Shown here: piece after piece, positions 27,744 through 32,000 of the stretch
Layout of the letters: the number at the start of each line of letters is the position of its first letter
Position numbering within the stretch: the first letter of the stretch is position 1
Assembly: GCF_036323395.1 (NCBI RefSeq)
Contig: NZ_AP028907.1
Span: 1,920,001-1,952,000, forward strand
Direction: 5' to 3'
From: Pyrodictium abyssi
Lineage (GTDB): Archaea > Thermoproteota > Thermoprotei_A > Sulfolobales > Pyrodictiaceae
Length of the DNA: 32,000 bases
Position numbers and translations under genes: made by a program
Notes under the pieces: generated by a model
Seen by the model: only the letters and a program-made list of their open reading frames with translations
Database searches by the model: none
Told to the model about the DNA's origin: nothing

Positions 27744-28136
27744 TCACTGCTCCCGGGCCTCCTTTCTCTCCTCGACCTTGTTGAGCATCTCCAGTATTGG
27801 CTCGCGTAGCCTCTTGTTCATCACCCATACCCGTTTCCGTGTCCATCCGTAGTAGTGTTGCTCGACGAGGGGCGGGAGGTCTCCCCGCTGCTTGGAGAGC
27901 CTCCGAAGCCAGCTCACGGCCGCCACGTAGTTGTCGTCGCCGACTATCTCCGCGACGCGGCGTGTAGAGACCTTGTTGCCCTCGGCTAGGTAGCGTAGGA
28001 GTCTCCTCTTCCACTCGGGTAGCTCCCGGAGCCACTCCTCCACCTCGACTCGGTCTAGGATGGATTCTCTCCGCCTGGGCACGGCCCAGCCGCCTCCAGG
28101 ACTAGTAGCCGGGCCGGGAGAAGGCCGGAAACGCAT
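27744..28136 (-). CDS. winged-helix/HTH-like protein
   Basis: 'LPEWKRRLLRYLAEGNKVSTRRVAEIVGDDNYVAAVSWLRRLSKQ' HTH-like; the N-terminal 20-30 residues may not be translated. Confidence 0.55.
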   Translation of the reverse strand: MRFRPSPGPATSPGGGWAVPRRRESILDRVEVEEWLRELPEWKRRLLRYLAEGNKVSTRRVAEIVGDDNYVAAVSWLRRLSKQRGDLPPLVEQHYYGWTRKRVWVMNKRLREPILEMLNKVEERKEAREQ

Positions 28137-28261
28137 GGAGACGCGGCAGAGCGCCCCATGCGTGTCAGGTCGCTTCTATGCGCAGTAGAGCGGCCTAGCG
28201 AACTCCTGGGGGCTGCAGGGCTGCTCCAGGAGGCCTCCGGGGGCCCCTCGGGCCAGAAGCG

Positions 28262-28440
28262 GCCCCTAGGGACCTAGGCAGGTGCTAGGGAGTGCTAGGC
28301 GGCGCCTGGAGACCTGAGAGAGCCTGGAGGAGCCTCGGGAGGCCTCGAGAGCTGCTAAGAGCTGCTAGGAGAAACACGGGGCCCGGGAAGCTGCTAGGCG
28401 GCCACAAGGGCTGCTAGCCGGTGCTAGGCGGCGCGGCGCG
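28262..28440. repeat. degenerate tandem array phased at about 10 bp (TGCTAG / CCTNGA cores)
   Basis: TGCTA at 28283, 28293, 28353, 28363, 28392, 28412, 28422; CCT-starting units at 28313, 28323, 28333, 28343 fill the gap in phase. Confidence 0.65.
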
Positions 28441-28452
28441 ACCCTTCATTCT

Positions 28453-31400
28453 CTATACCCAGATTCGGCTTGCTCCGCGGGTTGCGTAGACGCGTCCGGT
28501 GCGGGTTTTCTTTAGCCTGTAGCCGCGGGCTCGTAGCTCGAGTGCTTTCCTGGCTTTGGGTTCTGGGAGGCATACTTCCTCGTGTTCTGGGGTGTCTAGT
28601 TTGACCCAGTAGCAGTTCTGGTCTGGGTCGTATTCGGGTTGCTGTGGGGTTTGCTGGGTCTGGGTGTCTGGTGTCTCGGGTTTCTCTCCCCGTGTCTCTG
28701 CTGGCGCCTCCTCCCGGAGTTCCGGTGCCTCCCCGTGCTCGTGTGCCTGCTCGGTCTCTGGCTCGGGCTCTGTGATCTCTCCGTGCTGCTGGTTGGCCTG
28801 GGCTAGTTGTTCTAGGAGCGTTATCATCTTCTCTAGGAGCTTTGTCTGGTGCTCTTGGAGCTCTAGTAGCCTGTCGAGCTTCTCTTGCTGGGTCTTCTGG
28901 GCTTGTAGGAGGCTCGCTGTGGCCTGGCCCAGGGCTAGTAGGTGCTTGGCCTGGGCCTCTAGGATCTGGTAGAGGTCTCCACCGGGGGCCCCTCGGGGCT
29001 CCCTGGACCCGGGCCGCTGCCCCACGCCCTCGACGCCGGCACCGGCCTCCTCGACGGCCTCCACGCCATCGCCGGTCTCCTCCCCAGCCTCCCCGGACGC
29101 CTCCACCTCAACACCGGCCTCAACGCTGGCATCCGGCTCCTCGACGCCAGCCTCTTCGGTGCCCGGCACCTCTCTGTCGGCCTCGACTGCCTCCTCTACC
29201 TCAGCACCAGCCTCCTCGACGGCCTCCTCCGGCGGCATCACCCTGACCGGCAGCGGCAGCCTACCCTCCACCTTCCCGAGGACCTCGAGCAGCCTAGCCC
29301 GGCACCCCGCCGGCGCCCAGACGTGGACCTCCGCGAAGACGCCCCGCCGGTGCTTCAACAGGTTCCGGGCAGCCTGCTCCGGGTGCGTAGCGAGCTCGTT
29401 GCAGCTCTCAATCTCGACCGCGACACTCTTGTCATAGCGTAGACTCATCGAGGCAGGATCAAACGGGATCGCCACCATGTCTGGCCTGGCGCTGAGGCCC
29501 GGGTCCTGCCTGGCGGGGTAGACAACATAGCCCCTCGAGAAGTAGTGGAGCACCGCCTCCCGGGCCAGCCTGTAGCCCTCCTCGCCCGGCGCAACCTGGT
29601 GGAGTCCCTCGAAGAGCCCCTTGACGTAGCGCACGAGCCACCGGTTGCCCTCCCTACGGGCCTCGATCAGCCCCCGGGCAGCCAAGGCATTACGGGCCTC
29701 ATCCGCCCTATTGCGCGGCAGCCCGAGCCTCACCAAGACGTTGCTCCACAGCTCCTCCCCCGCGCCGCCCCCAGTCGCCTCGTAGACGTGGTAGAGAGTC
29801 CACAGCTCAACACCACTCGGCCGATCCCTAGGGAGATACCTCAGCACAGGGTTAAGCTTCGAGACGATATCCCCCGCCCCGGGCTCCGGGGGCGGCGCGA
29901 AGCGCGGCAGCAGCTCCACCAGCGGCCGGATGTTCCCGAGGCGGCGCCTAGGCGGCGGGTCCATCTTCACAACCGTGGGCGGCGCCGGCGGCTCCCCGAA
30001 GTCCGGCGCAACCGAGACCACCGCCGAGCCGCCCGGAAGCCCGCTGAGAGCCCGCTTGACCTCCTCCGCGAACTCCTTGTCCACGGCAGCGAGCACGTCC
30101 ACGTCGCGGGCGTCGGCTACGGGGAAGAACACCTTCACCAAGGTGTTCGTGAACATGCTCCGCAGAAGCACATCCGGGACCTGCCGCGGGTGCTGGTGAG
30201 CCATCACGAGGACCACGCCATACTTCCTGGCCTCGCTGAGAACCGTGTCCACCACCTCGGGGATAGCCTGCGCCACGTTCTGGAACTCGTCCATAATGAT
30301 GTACACCGGGGTCCGCTTCTTGCCGAGGAGAGCCCGCTCCAGCGCCCAGAACCAGATGCGGAGCACCACCATGGGTATGAGCAGCCTGAGAAACTGCTCC
30401 CCCAGCACCTTCGGCAGCCTCAGTATCAGCAACCCGCCGGGCTGCAGCACGGTGTCGAGGTCCAGAGTTGACTCGGAGGTCATCGCACGGAGCAGCTTAT
30501 TGTTACGGAAAGGCTCCAGCCTCGAGAAGACACCGAAGAAGCTGTCCTCGCTCATGTCCCTTAGGAGTTCGAGCTGGTGGCGCCACTCCGGGTCGTCGAT
30601 CGGCAGGTCTAGCTCCTCGCGGTACAGCGCCACAAAGGTGTCGTAGAGGTCGGCGAGCGTCACCCTGCCGCCGAGCCGGTGGTACATGTAGCGGAGCACG
30701 ACCTGGAGAAGGTACTTGATGCGGACACTCGTCCCGCTTAGCTCCAGCACCTTCTCGAACAGGTCCACCAGGTGGTCCGTGGCTATGTCATAGGCTTGCT
30801 CCCTGTCGCGGAGGCGAGGCGGCTCCAGAGGGTTGAGGCTGGCGAGGAAGGGCCTCTCCCCGTCGTCGGTCTCGTAAACGGGGTCCACTAGCCAGACGCG
30901 CTCGAGGCTAGGCAGCGACTCCAGGATGTCGTAGGAGACGTCGCCGTGGGGGTCGATGAAGACTATAGCAGCGTCGCTCTCCTCCCGGAGCCTCAGAACG
31001 AGGTTCCAGAGGAACGTCGACTTCCCGCTCCGGGTGCGGCCCACCACCCAGGTATGGAGCATCTGGCGCAGGGGAACGCAGTACTCCTTCCCGTCCAGGG
31101 TCTCCCCGAACCGGATACACTTCTCCCGCGGCTTCACCCGCGGCGTTATGCTCGGCAGCTCCCCGCCCCGGGCAAACTCCACGAAAGCTGAGACCTCGTC
31201 CGGTCTCGGCAACCTCACAAGATGCATGAAGCTCTCCTGTGGTATCCACGGGTACTCCTTCTTCGGGGAGAACCGGCCCATGAGGCTCATGGGGTCCCTT
31301 AGCTTGGAGGGGCTCCCCCTCCGGGAGACCTTCACCTTGAGTGCGGGGGTGAAGAGGCCCGCAGCCCTCTCCCCCAGCTCCCTAGCACGCTCCTTATCAT

Positions 31401-31959
31401 TGGTGTAGAACCTGACTGCTGTTATGTAGATGCGCTTGGTGCTCAGCTGGGAGAGGTGCCGGGCCATGTCGGGGTCCTTCTTATGGTACTCCAGGGGGCC
31501 TAGCCCCTTGAGCTCGGGGCGCTCGCCTAGACGGTAGTGCCTGGCCTTCTTGGCCAGCTCCCGGTGGGTCCTCGCATCGTAGAAGCCGACTATCTGCACC
31601 GCCTCGCCGGGCTCCAGCCAGTCGTAGACCGAGAGCCAGGCCTCGCTAGCCTCGACCCCCGTCTCCCAGGCGCCGCTCGGCGCCCTTAGCTCGGCCACCC
31701 ACTTCTGGGGGAGCTCCGGGGGCTCCTCGAGCAGCTCCACGCTCGCCCGGCGCCGCAGCAGCGGCAGCGCAATGTCGCGTATCCACGCGTAGAACTCGAT
31801 GCGGTCCTCGAGCCGGTGAGCCTCCAGCACCACGTGCGGGCTCAGGGAGACCAGCTGGGCGAACTCCCTCTCGTAGCCGAGACGCGGCTTCAGACGAACC
31901 CAGCCCACGTAATGGGTGCCCCCGAGAACCCGGCTCCTCTCAACATCCCTCCTGCCCAA
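28453..31959 (-). CDS. HerA/VirD4 (TraG)-like ATPase with C-terminal wHTH, PD-(D/E)XK-like domain, acidic linker and coiled coil
   Basis: Walker A 'WVVGRTRSGKSTFLWNLVL', 'AAIVFIDPHGD', Walker B 'VYIIMDEFQNV', 'GVVLVMAHQHPRQ'. C-terminal 'GYVVYPARQDPGLSARPDMVAI...KSVAVEIESCNELATHPEQAARNLLKHRRGVFAEVHVW', coiled coil 'QATASLLQAQKTQQEKLDRLLELQEHQTKLLEKM'. Confidence 0.8.
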   Translation of the reverse strand: MGRRDVERSRVLGGTHYVGWVRLKPRLGYEREFAQLVSLSPHVVLEAHRLEDRIEFYAWIRDIALPLLRRRASVELLEEPPELPQKWVAELRAPSGAWETGVEASEAWLSVYDWLEPGEAVQIVGFYDARTHRELAKKARHYRLGERPELKGLGPLEYHKKDPDMARHLSQLSTKRIYITAVRFYTNDKERARELGERAAGLFTPALKVKVSRRGSPSKLRDPMSLMGRFSPKKEYPWIPQESFMHLVRLPRPDEVSAFVEFARGGELPSITPRVKPREKCIRFGETLDGKEYCVPLRQMLHTWVVGRTRSGKSTFLWNLVLRLREESDAAIVFIDPHGDVSYDILESLPSLERVWLVDPVYETDDGERPFLASLNPLEPPRLRDREQAYDIATDHLVDLFEKVLELSGTSVRIKYLLQVVLRYMYHRLGGRVTLADLYDTFVALYREELDLPIDDPEWRHQLELLRDMSEDSFFGVFSRLEPFRNNKLLRAMTSESTLDLDTVLQPGGLLILRLPKVLGEQFLRLLIPMVVLRIWFWALERALLGKKRTPVYIIMDEFQNVAQAIPEVVDTVLSEARKYGVVLVMAHQHPRQVPDVLLRSMFTNTLVKVFFPVADARDVDVLAAVDKEFAEEVKRALSGLPGGSAVVSVAPDFGEPPAPPTVVKMDPPPRRRLGNIRPLVELLPRFAPPPEPGAGDIVSKLNPVLRYLPRDRPSGVELWTLYHVYEATGGGAGEELWSNVLVRLGLPRNRADEARNALAARGLIEARREGNRWLVRYVKGLFEGLHQVAPGEEGYRLAREAVLHYFSRGYVVYPARQDPGLSARPDMVAIPFDPASMSLRYDKSVAVEIESCNELATHPEQAARNLLKHRRGVFAEVHVWAPAGCRARLLEVLGKVEGRLPLPVRVMPPEEAVEEAGAEVEEAVEADREVPGTEEAGVEEPDASVEAGVEVEASGEAGEETGDGVEAVEEAGAGVEGVGQRPGSREPRGAPGGDLYQILEAQAKHLLALGQATASLLQAQKTQQEKLDRLLELQEHQTKLLEKMITLLEQLAQANQQHGEITEPEPETEQAHEHGEAPELREEAPAETRGEKPETPDTQTQQTPQQPEYDPDQNCYWVKLDTPEHEEVCLPEPKARKALELRARGYRLKKTRTGRVYATRGASRIWV

Positions 31960-32000
31960 GCCCGGTTCCCCCGCCCTAGTAGGGCGGGCCGGGAGAAGTG

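Larger units (their letters stand above)
5751..32000. mobile_element. integrated conjugative-like archaeal element (left end in window, right end outside)
   Basis: tRNA 3' fragment + integrase at the left edge, then a long accessory region with VirB2/B3/B4/B6-like genes, a VirD4/HerA-like ATPase, pilus genes and small regulators. No intact tRNA-Thr found in the window. Confidence 0.75.

Noticed and set aside
27586-28035. 149-aa minus-strand ORF overlapping the wHTH gene
   Set aside because: Arg/Glu/Gln-rich out-of-frame reading; the 27744-28136 frame has a coherent HTH-like sequence.
28180-28450. Possible CRISPR array
   Set aside because: Units are about 10 bp and degenerate, with no 24-37 bp conserved repeats, unique spacers or cas genes.
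29545-30471. Long + strand ORF (308 aa) opposite the VirD4/HerA-like gene
   Set aside because: Arg/Pro/His-rich antisense translation of a high-GC coding region; the minus strand has recognisable ATPase motifs.
5751-32000. Recognisable HUH relaxase (MobA/TraI-like)
   Set aside because: No HUH motif-bearing ORF was seen in the listed frames; this absence is used only as context for the nuclease-fusion hypothesis.

Overview
GC-rich window from a hyperthermophilic crenarchaeon. The taxonomy is inferred from the gene repertoire (Rpo8, L38e, archaeal TGT, intron-bearing tRNA). Positions 1 to about 5.75 kb are a chromosomal flank: a partial membrane ORF, Rpo8-like, Sm/LSm-like protein, archaeosine TGT, PAC2-like and PUA-like proteins, an intron-containing tRNA-Pro, a small membrane protein and L38e-like. 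At 5751-5805 there is a tRNA-Thr(GGU) 3' fragment, consistent with an attL site, followed at once by an intact tyrosine integrase. From there to the right edge the DNA looks like an integrated, probably self-transmissible archaeal element whose other end is outside the window. It carries (i) a type IV pilus-like module (TadA/GspE-type ATPase, TadC/T2SF membrane protein, three class III-signal pilin-like proteins), (ii) a T4SS/Ced-like DNA-transfer module (VirB2-like, VirB3-like and VirB4-like proteins, and a VirB6-like channel with a PKD-like domain), (iii) a 1168-aa HerA/VirD4-like ATPase apparently fused to a winged helix, a PD-(D/E)XK-like nuclease domain and a coiled coil, (iv) a two-gene cassette of a three-Cys-motif Gp37Gp68/DUF5131-like protein and a TcmP-like partner, and (v) small HTH, RHH and C2H2 regulators, including a 59-aa zinc-finger ORF missing from the supplied ORF track. 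Noncoding structures include a 13-bp-arm nested inverted repeat at 8729-8789, a cluster of perfect inverted repeats at 21110-21337 (possible oriT or leader), and a degenerate array phased at about 10 bp (28262-28440).
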